Origin: Octopus sinensis
Taxonomy: Eukaryota
DNA: 64,000 bases
NCBI RefSeq assembly: GCF_006345805.1
Contig: NC_043010.1
Coordinates: 15,190,001-15,254,000 of the forward strand
Direction: 5' to 3'
The notes beneath the pieces were generated by a model. It worked only from the letters and a program-made list of their open reading frames with translations, ran no database searches and had not been told where the DNA came from. Positions 28,020 to 42,779 of the stretch are shown in pieces (position 1 is the first letter of the stretch; every line of letters begins with the position of its first letter). Position numbers and translations under genes: made by a program.

Positions 28020-28505
28020 TATATATATAAATATATTATATATATATATATATATATAAATATATATATATACTTATATATATATATACATACACACACA
28101 CATATATATATATATTATATATATATATATATAATATATATATTATACACACAACACACACACACACACCACACACACATATATATATATATATATGCAC
28201 ACAAGCATTTATACATATCTAAATGTATGCATGTTTCTATACAAAGGAACTTTGTCCCACATGATAATCAGAATAAATCATGTCACTGTGAAGATTTGGG
28301 GGAATTAGTGTTGGAGAAAAACTACATAATACATCATAGAACACTAGAATAAATTAATTACATACACTCATATATATATATGCATGTATATACATGCATG
28401 TGTATATATACACACGCGCGAACACATACGCGCACACATGTATATATACATATATAATTATATAGATATGTATCCAGGCATGTATATATGTATACACACA
28501 CACAA

Positions 28506-28542
<37 letters not shown>

Positions 28543-28589
28543 GGGAGAATTCACATATGTGTGTATGTATGTATGTATATATGTGTGTG

Positions 28590-28625
<36 letters not shown>

Positions 28626-28804
28626 TATACATATACATATATGCATATATATATACATACAAACAGACTTACATATACACATACAAACTTACATACACGC
28701 ATATATACATATATACACACACACAAACAACACACACACATATATATATATATATAGGGAAAATTCACATATGTGTGAATGTATTTATATATGTATATAT
28801 ATAT

Positions 28805-28835
<31 letters not shown>

Positions 28836-29839
28836 ATATATATGTATATATAAATACATATATACATATATATATACATACATACAAACAGACTTCCATA
28901 TACACATACAAACTTATATACACATATATATACATATGCATAAATATGCGTAGATAAATGTATGTATCTGTAGATGTACTGTAAATATAAGATTTTATTC
29001 CCTGATAACATTTACGAAGTAGTCTTTCGTTCTTCTTCAGTGCAGAACAATACATGTACTATCGAACAGACTTTATATATACACATATATACACAAACGT
29101 ATATGCATGAATATATATATATATCTATACATAATTACTCTGATACACACACTGATATACGCACACACATTCGCATGTACATACACATACATATATACAT
29201 CCATATAGAGGACGAAACATATATGGCCATACACGTACATACACTGTCCATATTCAAAATATGTTGCGAGATTGTGTAGTGCATGAGGTACGTCATATCC
29301 CACTTCATAGAATGTATGAATAAATTAATTATTTCTATATGAGATTTTATGTTATATGATCACAGTGGCAAAGGTCTCTCTTATTCAACATTAGTGCAGT
29401 CAGGACCCACACGTCTTCTTTAATTGAGACTCTAATAAGTCATGAAACATAATATGTGGCCATGCATGTACTTATATATGTATATATATATATATATAAG
29501 TACATACATACATATATATATTATATATATATAGATAGATAATATATATATACGTACATACATATATATTATATAATAAGTATATATATATATATAGATA
29601 TATAGGCATGTTGAGATATATTTATACATACATATATGCATATATATGCATATATAATATACATCTAACATGCCTATATAATTACATACATTATATGCAT
29701 ATATTGCATATATATATATAGGCATGTTGAGATATATTATACATACATATACGCAATATATGCATATAATATATATCTATATATATATATATTATTTATA
29801 TATTATATACATATATATATATATATACAATATATATAT

Positions 29840-29888
<49 letters not shown>

Positions 29889-30350
29889 GCATTCATTCTT
29901 ACATACAGATATATATATATATATATATATATATAGGCATGTTGAGATATATTTATACATACATACGTACATATACACATATATAAGTACATACATACAT
30001 ACATACATATGCATATATATAGGCATGTTGTGATATATTTATACATATATATACACATATATATGAATATATATATATATTATATATATAATGTATATAT
30101 AACATATATACATACATACATACATACACACACGCATATATAGACTTGCATATATTTATATATATTTGTTTGTCTGTATATATGTATGTATATATACATA
30201 TATGTATATATATACATATATATATGTATATATATATATATATATAGGCATGTTGAGATATATTTATACATACATACATATACGCATATATATGCATATT
30301 CATAAGTGTGTGTTTGTCTGTATACGTATATATACATACACACACACTCA
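26780..30350. repeat. Extended TA/CA/TACA microsatellite field with embedded minisatellite units
   Basis: taggcatgttgagatatatttatacat recurs near 29602, 29719, 29934, 30020 and 30245. ~210-bp tandem units occur at 28540/28755. Confidence 0.85.
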
Positions 30351-30814
30351 CATATACCTATTTCGCCCAATGGCTATCTATATTACATAATAATGTCGTG
30401 TAGATTTAATAGTTTGACTATCAAAGTATATCAAACAAGGCAATATAGAGCATATCAATAAATTCGGTATGATATTAAATAATATGATAAAATAGACCGA
30501 AACAGTTTTTCTTTGGAGCCCAGTGTAGCTAGCACCACGTGTGATGTCTGAGATAAGCTGTATATATTGGAATAAATAAAGTGGTATGCTTAGACATATC
30601 TATGTGTCTATAGTCTTCTATGAATTTAGCCCCAAGTGGCCTTTTCAGCAGATTTGGATCAACATTGAATACCTAGATTTCCTTGCTTTATGTACTACTC
30701 TGAAAGGAAATATTACCAGTAACACTTCTGTTTGCATTTCAGTAGCCTTCAACCATATCTGGGTACGTAGAGATAAAGTTCTTAGATAATTACGAAATCT
30801 GATAATTACGAAAT

Positions 30815-31073
30815 CTGAAGCATGGAACAAACTGCCGGCATCAGTTGTTAGTTGTCGGAGCACTGCATCCTTCAAAACTTCCATGCTTTCTGAGATTCGC
30901 CAACACTACACCTAATTTTCTCCCCTCCATACACACACAGGCATGTATCTGACTCATACGTTGTTCGCTTTCCAGACATTTTTACATTACTGCATGTACT
31001 TTATATGCACTTTCTGACAAGTTGTGGTGCACCTGAGCACTGTATACAATAATTTCATTATTATTATTATTAT
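30815..31073 (+). mobile_element. 3' end of a CR1-group LINE with (ATT)n tail
   Basis: EAWNKLPASVVSCRSTASFKTSM (WN.LP..VV....FK motif), then a UTR and (ATT)n. Confidence 0.7.
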
Positions 31074-31254
31074 TAAATAGTTAATGTTCAACCGTTTTAT
31101 TAGGAGCAAATTGTTTTAGCTGTTAGAGTAATGAATAATTTTCGTTTGGTTTGTTCATTCAGAAAACTTTGTCTTTGAGTTCGAATCCCATCAAAGTCAA
31201 CTTTTCTTCTTTCTTTTCGGTGTCAATATTTAAAATAGCACGAGAAAAATGCTT

Positions 31255-31400
31255 AGCAACATTTCGTCCGTCCTTACTTTGAGTTGAGATTCCGCCGGGG
31301 TCGTCTTTGCCTTTCAAACTTTCGTGGTCGATAAAATGAGTACCAATTGAACACTGGGGTCGATGTAATCGACTTACCGGCTCCGACGAACTTGCTGGTT
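31255..31400 (+). mobile_element. SINE family 3 partial copy
   Basis: gagttgagattccgcc..tttgcctttcaaactttcgtggtcgataaaatgagtacca. Confidence 0.7.
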
Positions 31401-31499
31401 ACACGATATTTAAAATACTAATTTTATCCTGAAATCCATTCTTCCATTTTACCTACCTTTCTCCTTCATTTTTGAAAGAAGGAATCGATAAACCTCCTG

Positions 31500-31720
31500 C
31501 GGTCATATGTGGTGACTACTGAAATCTAATACAAGCCATATTTCAAGTGCTGTGAGCTCCAAGCAATCCTTAATCTGTGCCTGCACATCAGTCCTCAATC
31601 TTGCATTTCTAAGTCGAGTTTTTGTATATGTGAACCAATATTCACAACATTTAATGCAATGGTGTAGCATTAATAAACGATGGAAGTTGCATAACATTCC
31701 ATAGAACATATGTAGTAATT
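31500..31720 (-). mobile_element. Possible hAT transposase C-terminal remnant
   Basis: CCEYWFTYTKTRLRNARL..DVQAQIKDCL weakly resembles the LCE.GFS...IKTK.RNRL.V..DLR dimerisation motif. Confidence 0.3.
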
Positions 31721-31748
31721 CAGTGTAAGATATCTAGACTTTTTTACA

Positions 31749-31905
31749 GGCGTAGGAGTGGCTGTGCGCATAGGCGTAGGAGTAGCTTGCTTACTAACCA
31801 CATGGTTCCGGGTTCAGTCCCAAGCGTCTTCTTCTACTATAGCCTCGGGCCGACCAAAGCCTTGTGAGTAGATTTGGTAGAGGGAAACTGAAAGACGCCT
31901 GTCGT
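31749..31905 (+). mobile_element. SINE family 2 head fragment
   Basis: ggcgtaggagtggctg..catggttccgggttcagtccc..gaaactgaaagacgcctgtcg. Confidence 0.8.
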
Positions 31906-31906
31906 A

Positions 31907-31953
<47 letters not shown>

Positions 31954-31974
31954 TATATATATATATATGTGGGT

Positions 31975-32128
31975 TAGGACGCTTACATCGACTCCAGTGC
32001 GCCAACTGGTGCTTATTTTATAGGCTCCGAAAGTCGAACCTCGGCAGAATTTGGACTCAGAGTGTAAAAACAGACGAAATGCGCTCAGCATTTTGTTCGG
32101 CTAACGATTCTGCCAGCTTGTTACCTTA
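31975..32128 (-). mobile_element. SINE family 3 partial copy
   Basis: Homology to 20347-20575. Confidence 0.7.
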
Positions 32129-33097
32129 AAAGTCTAATGCTCTTCTGACTGAGCGATGCGGGCTAGCACCTTAACAAATATAAGTGTAACATGTCATCAA
32201 TCCATACATACAAATATGCATACCTACATGCATACATAGTCTGAATATTCCGATGTTAAAGTAGACAAATTTTTGTAGAGTAACACACACATATATATAT
32301 ATGTATGTGTATATATATATATTATAATATATATATTATATATATATATGTATATATAATTATATATAAAGTACATGCATGGCCACACATATGTTTCATG
32401 ACTTATTAGAGTCTCTAGGGACATAACACATAACATCAAAATTATCATAAATATGGTGGACCATGCCCATGCAGTTTACCTCGGATTTTCCTTAACTACA
32501 ATTTTCAGAAGCTCAAAAAGGACAAAACTTGACTATCCAAATCGCCGAGTGAAACTGGCCAAGCCATCGTCACCGTATGCCTACACTTAAAGCTTCATTT
32601 CTATAGACCGAACAAATATTTTTGACCTTGCACTTTAATGAAGGTCTCCCTTTGAATTCATACAGCATGCAGTGTCTGATTTGCGTCTGATCTAAACTCA
32701 TTTCAAAAGAAGAAAATCGATACGAATGTATTTATCTACTATAATATCAATAATCTGCAAAGAAAAGCCATTAGAATGTAAAAATTAATGATCATTTTAA
32801 CGTTGGCACTGAATAGTTTCCCCTCAGGGTGATCATGACAAAAATACAACAGGAGTTCTTTCCAAACTAATTCAGTGTTATCCGGCTTGCTAGAAATTAG
32901 AGATAATTTTCCCTCGGAATACACTGCATCGTATTGTAAAACGAACAGACACTTTGGTTTATGCTGATCTATATACAAGACTATCACTATGACCCGGTAA
33001 CGCCGAGTCATAGTGCTAGTGCATGCATATACAGCTGCATGCGTGCGCACATACACGCGAGTACTGTCCAAATTTCCGACCAATCACATACAGCTAG

Positions 33098-33353
33098 CTA
33101 GCATTCAATTGGCATATCAGGTTTCGGGCATTTTGATTGGGTTTTGGATAGAAAATTCACAAAAAAGTCACTTCTATTCATTTTTTAATGGCTTTGCGGT
33201 GTGACTGGGGAATGTAAAGATGTGCACGACCACCCTTGGACGGTTTTGAATGACCATAGAAAGTACGAGCCCTCTAACTGAAAAATTATGTACTTGTATA
33301 AAGGACACGCACACACACACACACACACATTTTGCCGTTTATATATAGAGAGA
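33098..33353 (-). mobile_element. Possible non-autonomous Helitron-like element
   Basis: Minus strand starts A^TCTCTCTATATATAAAC followed by (TG)n and ends in CTAG, but the 3' hairpin and flanking T are not clear. Confidence 0.4.
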
Positions 33354-34192
33354 TGTTTGAATAAAATTAGATATAGCTTTACCTAGAACATATTTGATGA
33401 TAAATCTGCAGCTTCAGGGCTGAGCTATGATAAAAAGGGCTGCAACATTTTTGATGTATCAAATCTGAAATATTCTCGAATCATGAATATAAAACAATTG
33501 TTTCTATGTCTTTTGTGTCTTACTACTTTTTGTAACATAATCTTCAATGTCTTGTTACTTTTGATCAATGAACAATACTTAAAATGTGTGTCCGAATGTG
33601 GAAATATTCAATATTAAATTTAAATCAGAGATGCACATAATCTTTATTGGTACATGCATTAAACATCCGTATGCATTTTAATCACATACACACACAAACA
33701 TACGTTTAGGAAAGGAGGAAGTCAGATTTTTGAATAATCCTTTATTAGCGCTTTCGTTCGTTTTTCTAACTCGTCAAAATAAAACCAAAATAAAAAAAGG
33801 AACGTTTCGTTGTTCATTTACATGAATCAGATGTTTTTTTTGTTTATTTTAGAGGAGGAGAATACTGCCCCCACCCCAAAAAAATCAAAAACAATATTCT
33901 CCTCTTTTAAAGCAAAAGCAATAAACATCCCATTCATATAAATGAACAGCGAAACATTTCTGTTTTTACCATTTTGATTTTGATTTTGTCTTGACAAATT
34001 CGACGAACGAACGAAAGCGTTAATAATAGATGATCGAAAATTCTGACTTGCACCTTTTCTCAATTCATATATATATATACACTAATACATTCAGATATAA
34101 ATATATATATACATTCATTCATATTTATATATATATATCTATATATATATATATATAGATAAGAATGTTGGTTTGTGAAAGCACGTGGGTGA

Positions 34193-35105
34193 ATATATAG
34201 AAAATAGTAAAGAGTGAAAAAACGACAGAAGGCTTAAATGTTAAAATTATATATTTGCGTCAATATGTCTGAAGAATATTAGAAAATCTTTAAACATACA
34301 CCAAATCATTAAAGCTACAAACAGCATAAATCACTTAAAAAGATTCTCACAAAGGCAACAAATTGTCCTTCTGAAAAATTACGGATGCAATAGTAAAAAA
34401 ATGTGGTAGATCGAACTGTGCAACATGTCCTACCTGCTAGAAGGATCAGAATTCTCTTTAAAGAGGGACAGAAATTCAAGATCAAATCTAACTTTACTTG
34501 TGCCTCTGAAAACATAATTTATGTCATAAAATGCTCGGCTGCACACCAAGAATACGTGGGTTCCACGGGACTATCACTCAGACGTAGATGACACACTGCA
34601 TCGACAACAGATTGCATTCCCAGAATATAGAATGATACCTTTTAGTGAGCACATTGAAAAATGCGCAAAGCACTACTACCACAATTTTTAATCTTTCCAT
34701 TTTACCAATGTGCTTTCGGATCATCAACACAAATTAGACTAAACAAGGAAACATTCTTCATTGAAAAGTACAAGCCCAGACTCAACCATCCGAACATACT
34801 GATACAGAGAAATTCATATTAAGGGAAAGGAAAAAAATTTTAAGCGATTATCTCCTTACACCGGAAGAAATCACCCACTGCCTCCCCTTATTTAGAACTC
34901 TCCGGAACATAAACACAACGATAACTCTATTCAATATAAACATAACGTCACAAGAAATTTGAAAAGATACACGCGAAACCGGTCTTTCTTTTAATTATGT
35001 CATTATAAGGGAAAATTTTCTAATATTCTTCAGACATATTGACGCAAATATATATATATTTTAACATTTAAGCCTTCTGTCGTTTTTTCACTCTTTACTA
35101 TTTTC

Positions 35106-35112
<7 letters not shown>
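34193..35112 (+). mobile_element. 5'-truncated Neptune-type PLE (GIY-YIG only) flanked by ~95-bp inverted repeats
   Basis: KCGRSNCATCP..FTCASENIIYVIKC..EYVGSTG.SLRRR / TLHRQQI..SEHIEKC..FFIEKYKPRLN, frameshifted. 34193-34287 is the reverse complement of 35015-35112. Confidence 0.85.
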
Positions 35113-35138
<26 letters not shown>

Positions 35139-35491
35139 ATGTGTGTGTGTGTGCTGTTGTGTCTGGGGAAAGTCATCCTCTTTTAGTACCTTATTATTTA
35201 ACACACTCACCGGTAAAATTTCCACTTATTTTTTATTTTCTAAAATTTTCGTTGCGTCTTGCAACCTTTTCAATAGTCTTTACTCTGTCCGTTATTTACA
35301 CTGCGTTCCCTTTTATTTGTTTGTGCGCATGTGTGTAGGTCAGTGTGTGTGTGTGTGTGTGCCTATACATACATACATGTACGTATGTATGTACGTGTGT
35401 TTGCATGTGTGTATGTATATATGTGTGTGTATGCATATGTATGTATGTATGTGCATCTGTATAAAGAATCTTGCAAACCAAATCACAAACG

Positions 35492-35551
<60 letters not shown>

Positions 35552-36299
35552 AGTAAGATGTATAAATCTTTTAATATAAATCTTTTCACATCAAATAATA
35601 GAGCTAAGTTAGTGCTCTAATTGTACTACATTTTACCAACACTTGAAGAATGAAAGATGAATTTCGTCTGAGGCAATTTACGAATAGGTCTTTTCAGAAG
35701 ACATTAAATCACCGCCAGTGATTACTTCATGCATTATTTCGATAAATCCCAGGAAGATGCAATGCAAATCTGACCTCGGTTTGTACTTTTAAACTGAACG
35801 TAATGCGTTCATAACTAAATACTCAAACGATCAAGCTTTCCTACGAATCTACTGTAACCAAATATTAAAGCAATCTCGTCCTCCCACCATATGCCCCCTC
35901 TCTCTCTATATATATATACATACATATGTGTGTATGTATATGCTTGTTGCATGAACATATACGTACACACACACACACGCACACGCATATATATATATGT
36001 ATGAATATAAATATACATAAAAATATATAAAAATACATCAAAGGTACTCCCACGCCATAGGCTCTTTTAGCTGATTTCTCGACGTATATTTATATATTCA
36101 CCGCAATAACCGGATGAGACACCACTGTATCGCAAGATTATTATTTTTGCCGGTTAAGTGGTCCAGAGCAAAAAGCGAGGGAAATAAATTGATTTGCTCA
36201 AGAAAGGAACACATCACCCGGTTCAAGAATGGAAACCACAGTTTTGTTGCATCATGAGCACCACAATCTAAGCACCAATCCACTCGCCTCCAAATAGGT

Positions 36300-36335
36300 A
36301 GCTAGATAGATAGATAAACAGACAGACAGACAGAC

Positions 36336-36398
<63 letters not shown>

Positions 36399-36447
36399 CA
36401 GACAGACGACAGACAGATAGATAGATAGATAGATGATAGATCTAGAC

Positions 36448-36539
<92 letters not shown>

Positions 36540-36540
36540 T
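36300..36540. repeat. (TAGA)n/(CAGA)n array
   Basis: Direct reading. Confidence 0.95.
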
Positions 36541-36850
36541 GTTTCTTTATTAGCCACACAGGGCTGCACACACACAGGACAAATTACAAGGTAGATCTTT
36601 TCTTTTGGGGGTAAAAAAAGGGGGTTTGGTTTTCGATCAAAAGGGATCGTAAAGGGAAAGAAAGAGGACAAAAAAGGGGGGAATAAAATAAAAGAAGTGG
36701 GGGGAAGGGAAAGGGAAAAAAATTGATCAATAGGGATCGTTATCACAGAAATGTTAATATGAAGTGTAAAGGGGGGGACAGGTGAGGTTTACCAGTGGAA
36801 AGAAAAGCCTACGGAAAAGACCACGGTAACCTCGGTCAATGAAGTCACAT
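36540..36850 (-). mobile_element. LINE-like 3' UTR ending aataaagaaac + (TCTA)n
   Basis: Inverted homologue of 37515-37685. The tail resembles tail A of SINE family 3. Confidence 0.5.
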
Positions 36851-37327
36851 GTTATATTTCTTTTTTTTTTTGCAATAGATGGATAGATAGACAGACAGAT
36901 AGACACTACCGACCCCCGGAAAAATTTCTGCAAATAATAACTTGTTACTCGAATGGGATATTGTGCACAAAGAATAACTCATATGAAACACCTTTGAACG
37001 TCTTTCCAGGTCATGCTATTGATAGATAGATGGACAGACAGACAGATACAAATATATTGGTATTTACATTTGCATATATGAATCTATGTCTACATATATG
37101 AATATATGGACGTAGGGATGGATGCAATAGTAGATGAATGAAGGGGCGAATGCAGGGTGAATAGATGGTTAGATGTATTTTGTACTAAATTATTTTTATT
37201 TCACTTTTCAAACGCAGCCTCTTCGCACATCGGAAGGCATAAAACCTTATATTTGGCACCAATTCTTCTGCCAGCATTTGAGTTCTATATTAGACGATAC
37301 GTCCACTTAAAAAAATATATACATGCA

Positions 37328-37436
<109 letters not shown>

Positions 37437-37514
37437 CTCTGTCTATCTATCTATCTATCTATCTCTCTGTCTGTCAGTCTGTCTATCTATCTATCTATTT
37501 TATTTTATTTTATT

Positions 37515-37680
37515 TTTTTTTGTTCTTTTTTTCCCTTTTACGATCCCTCTTGATCGAAAACCTACGCCACCCCTTTTTTTTTGTTTCTTTTGTTTTTTGT
37601 TTTTTTCATCCCCCAAAAGAAAAGCTCTACCTTGTAACTTGTCCCATCTGTGTGCAGCCCTGTGTGGCCAATAACGAAAC

Positions 37681-37748
<68 letters not shown>

Positions 37749-37760
37749 GTCAGTCTGACT
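37515..37760 (+). mobile_element. Second copy of the same LINE-like 3' end with (TCTA)n tail
   Basis: ccttgtaacttgtcccatctgtgtgcagccctgtgtggccaataacgaaac then (TCTA)n. Confidence 0.55.
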
Positions 37761-38328
37761 GTCTGTCTGTCTTTACATCCAAACAAACACACATATCACT
37801 TGATATAGATAGATTTATTGATATATACATAGATAAACAGACAGGTAGATACACATGTATGTGTGTATACGTGTACAGGCACGCATGTATGTATCTATCT
37901 ATCTGCCTGTCTGTTTATCTGTCTGTCTGTCTATCTAGCTATCTATGTATATATATATGTATATATATATATATATGTATATATTTGCATATATCCCCCT
38001 CCTTCTTTCTCTCTCTATATATATTTACACACACACACACACACACACAACACACAACACGCACACACACATATATATATATATATATACACACATACAT
38101 ACATACATACATACATATTCTTTCTCATTCTTCTGCTCACATAAAAGCATATGCAAGTTAACACTGACATACCACCCCAACCCACCCCACACACACGCTC
38201 ACAAATTGACACACATACACATACACATACACATACTCACACACTCTCACCAGACACACAACACAGTGTGTGTATGTATGTCGAGAGAGGGAGAAAAATC
38301 TTCCAGCACTCATTCATAAACTTATATT

Positions 38329-38376
<48 letters not shown>

Positions 38377-38964
38377 GACGACGACTACTACTACCGCAGT
38401 TTTCTCATCTTTGTAATTGGAAGGTGTAGAAATGCAACTTTTTTCGTAACGCAAGTAAAGAAAATCCACCAGGGTGACATAAATTGTCTGAAAGTATGGT
38501 ATATTCTGCTCGTATGGTCGGTTCTTTTACATGGACATTGAATTTGTAAACTTAATGGACATAAAATCTGCAGCCAAGGGAAGCAACTATTATCTATGAC
38601 GACAGTTAAGAAAAAAAAATCAACTTTAAGAAATTTTCCTCATACAATGGCATGTATGATACTGCGTTGTTATGTTTCTTGTAGAAAGTCTCATAGGCTA
38701 GTATTGGGTATTACTGGGAGCGTGTGTGCCGTGTTATGTGTCTGGTGAGAGCGTCTGAGTCTGTTTATATGTTATGCGCGTGTAAGTTTGTAAATGTGGC
38801 GTGGATCGGTGTGGTCTGTCTATTTTAACTTACTTAACTCATTTTTGTGAGCAGAAGAATAAGAGGGAAACTGCGCAGCTATATCTATGTGAATATGAGT
38901 CGTTGTGTATATTTCTGAGTCTACGTGTTTGATATTAAGTACAATAGTAGATATTCTTTTCTAC

Positions 38965-39178
38965 TCTAGGCACAAAGCCCGAATGTTGTTCGTTTTTTTT
39001 TTGTGGGGGGGGGGTCCAGTCAATTATACCGACCGAGTACGCAACTGGTACTTAATTTATCGACCCCGAAATGATAGAAGTCAAATCGAACTCGGCGGAC
39101 TTTGACAACAAAATTTAAATACAGACGAAATACCGCTAAGCATTTCGTCCGGTGGGCTAAACTTTCTGCCAGCACGCC
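38965..39178 (-). mobile_element. SINE family 3 copy (tail type B)
   Basis: Homology to 55040-55262. Confidence 0.72.
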
Positions 39179-39179
39179 T

Positions 39180-39237
<58 letters not shown>

Positions 39238-39293
39238 GTGTTGTGTGTATATACTTATGTTATATATATATATATACATATATATATACACAT

Positions 39294-39327
<34 letters not shown>

Positions 39328-39364
39328 ATACATATATATACATATATATACGTACAATATATAC

Positions 39365-39413
<49 letters not shown>

Positions 39414-39423
39414 ATATATATAG

Positions 39424-39463
<40 letters not shown>

Positions 39464-39489
39464 AGGCCGACCTACTCCTTATAACTAAG

Positions 39490-40780
39490 AACTGCACTAA
39501 TAGTTCATTCAAAAATATCAAGAAAAAACTATACAAATTCTTTAAGAATTATGGTTTAGATATATTTATAGAGAAAGAGAATTATGTGGTTAACTACTTA
39601 GATGCAAACCTAAACTTAGTAACTAATAAAACCCAAACATTCTATAAGTTAAACGATAACCTTAAGTACATTAATGCCGATAGCAACCATCCTATCTCAG
39701 TGAAAAAAGCACTAATAGAAAATATCTGTAAAATAATTTCTGTTATCCTCGGCTATAGATACTTTCAATAAATGCTTAAACGTGCATTAAAAGAAACAGG
39801 ACATAATACGAAAATTATATTCTTTAATAATTACGGACCCAATTATAATACTAGTAATCACCCTAACGCTTGAACTAAGTATAGAAGTAATAGCAAAGAC
39901 AATAATAAACAATATAATGAAATAAATAAAGATAATTATAAAATACGTATAAATTAAAATAATAATAATAATGATCTTAGTAAGGATAATATCGAAAATG
40001 ATTTGAATGAAAATAAGCATAATTATTATATACCCACGAAGAATACACTGACAATGAACAATAATAATAAGAATAAGAAGTATAATAATAGTAATATTAA
40101 TAATAAAAATAAACATAAGGAAATCATATGGCTAATTATCCCTTGTTAATTAAAGAAATTCTGAACATAATAAAAACATCCTTTAAAAAGAACAAAACGT
40201 ACTCGAAAATATTCTCAAACAAAACTATCAGAGTGGGATATTCTACAACAAGAAATCTAAGTAATATTATATTCTCAATAAACAATGTCAAATTAAACAA
40301 ATTCTATAATAAGAATTTAATATTAACAATAGCTGCGGAAGAAATATCACAAACAATAAATGCACATGTAAAGACAAATCCAAATGGAGTCTTAATAATA
40401 ATTGCAACCTAGATAGCGTAATTTATAAATGTACAGTAACCACTAATAATAATAAGAAAGAAGATATTGGATCTAGAGCGAACGAAATTAAAAGAAGAAT
40501 TTCCCAGAATAACAAGTCTTTCAAAAATCCCAAATTAATAAAATTTAATAGGTCTAAGTAAATACATATTGGAGTTAATATAATAGAATACACCCTTAAT
40601 TGGAATATTATTAGTAGAGCGAAGTCATATAGAATAGGTAATAAAATGTGCTTATTATGCACAACAGAGTTTATGAAATTACTCCAGTCGAGAGGGGTAT
40701 TACTGAACAGTATTGAAGAGAGAGGGGAAAAATGCCGACATAAAAATAACTTCACGTATAATAAAATGAAAAATATATAA
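39490..40780 (+). mobile_element. Degenerate PLE: RT C-terminus, thumb and GIY-YIG (CxLCxxE type)
   Basis: VNYLDANLNL..YINADSNHP; SKIFSNKTIRVGYSTTRNL; YKCTV..IG..KRRIS..NWNIISRAKSY..KMCLLCTTE..LN..KCRHK. Confidence 0.85.
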
Positions 40781-40789
40781 AATTATAAC

Positions 40790-41400
40790 TCCCACCCAGT
40801 ATGTCATCTCTTAAACAATTATGGGGAATTAGAAAATTACTATTTTTAAATCTCACAACGTGAGATATTCAACAACACTACTTTGTAGTAAAGCTTGTTT
40901 GCCAACATAACATGGTTATTGTGATATTTATTGATATTCTTTGTAGTTTCGTAGAGGGAGTCTAGCCTTTTATTGTTAATAGAAGCTATAATAGTTGCTA
41001 GGTTGCTAGTCAGGCTATGGCCTATTCTAATTTTATTGCTAACGATTTCTGAGTATTCCGTACTCATATTCAAGTGCTTATTAATAAGTTTCATTATAGA
41101 TTTAACTATATTGGTTTTTAGCTTTATCGCGAAGGGGATTATTAGCCAAATGTTATCCTTTTCACACATGTTATTCTTAATATTTTTGTTTTTGGTGTAA
41201 AAATTGCCACCAGCATTGTTGTAAATCGTAAATTTATGATTATAATTACTATTATTTTTTCTATTGTTATTTTTATTACAATTACTATCAACTTTGATAG
41301 AGTTGTTCCTATTCGATTTATTTATTTTACTTGCCTTGGTATTATGATTCCTAACAGGAACTTTATTGGTTCTTTTAGGTATATTATTTTTTCTGTTGTT
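40790..41400 (-). mobile_element. Inverted partial copy of a related PLE thumb region
   Basis: NIWLIIPF..KTNIVK..KLINKH..YSEIVSNKIRIGHSLTSNLATIIASINNK is homologous to 40128-40320. Confidence 0.75.
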
Positions 41401-41484
41401 TTATTCTTATATATACACATAATATATATATACATATATATATATATAATATATATATATATATAGATATATATATATATATAA

Positions 41485-41519
<35 letters not shown>

Positions 41520-41520
<1 letters not shown>

Positions 41521-41620
41521 TATAGGGAGAGTTAAGAAAAGACAAAAGACGAAGGCAGGTGTGTGTACAAAAAAAACAGAGGTATAGTTAAAACGCTCAG
41601 GAATAGAAAAAGTCTTTTAC
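41520..41620 (-). mobile_element. Partial pLTR of the 10195/61495 family
   Basis: Minus strand gtaaaagactttttctattcctgagcg..cacctgccttcgtcttttgt. Confidence 0.65.
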
Positions 41621-41638
41621 ATACGATTTATATATATG

Positions 41639-41683
<45 letters not shown>

Positions 41684-42729
41684 ATATATATAATATATAT
41701 ATATATAACGTCTGCAGTAAGAGAAAGAGAAAGCGTTTGTTTATTTATGATTTCATGCAAAAACTTGCGAAGTGCTCAATGAACATGTGTGTTAGAAGTA
41801 CGAAATCTTTACTGTTGTGTGTTAGAAAATCGGATTATTCCATATATCTAAAGGTTTCGTGCGCTTGACTTAATGTCTAAAGTCAATCGCACGAAGTATT
41901 CGGGTATGTGGAAATAATCCCTTTTACAAATGTGACATATTTGGCGTTGCATGTTTGTAGGTGTGTATGTGTGTGTTTGTATGTCTGTAAGTGTTTGTGT
42001 ATGCATCTATATGCATGTATTTGCCTATCTGTGTGTAATGTACATGTGTGTATGTATATGCATGTACGTATGCGTGTGTGTGTGTGTAAATAGCATAAAT
42101 ATGTATTGACTACTTAGTCGATGAAGTTATATAATTCTAAATAACTTGCGATATCGCATGTTACGCTAAAATGATGCTTCATCACCCGCCATCACTACAA
42201 CCATCACTGGATCTATCATCATCCACTGTAGCATCAACATCATCCTCATCACCGTCGTCGTCGTCGTAATCAGCATCAACATCATCACCGTCGGCTTGGT
42301 CTTCATCGTTGTCGACACCATCCTCATCATCGTCGTCGTCGTCGTTGTCGTCATCATCCACGCGAACATTACTATCTTAGACGCATTTTTGTACACGGTA
42401 ATAATAAAAGATAGAAAATAAAATCTGCTTACATTAGCTGAGAAGCATTTGCATTCTAAGATGGACTAATTTAATGGACATCCCTAATGGATTTCCCAAA
42501 TAGCAAAAGCTTTCCTTGCAACTGGGCCACCATTTCAACTATTATCGGTCTACATGTACCTTTTAATTCCGAACATACATAATAAAAGTATTATTTATAA
42601 TACACACACCCGGGCTGTACACACACACACACACAGACACATAGACACACAGACACACACACACACCACACACACACACACAACACACACACACACAACA
42701 CACACACACAACACACACACACCACACAC

Positions 42730-42762
<33 letters not shown>

Positions 42763-42779
42763 ATGTATAACTGCATGTG

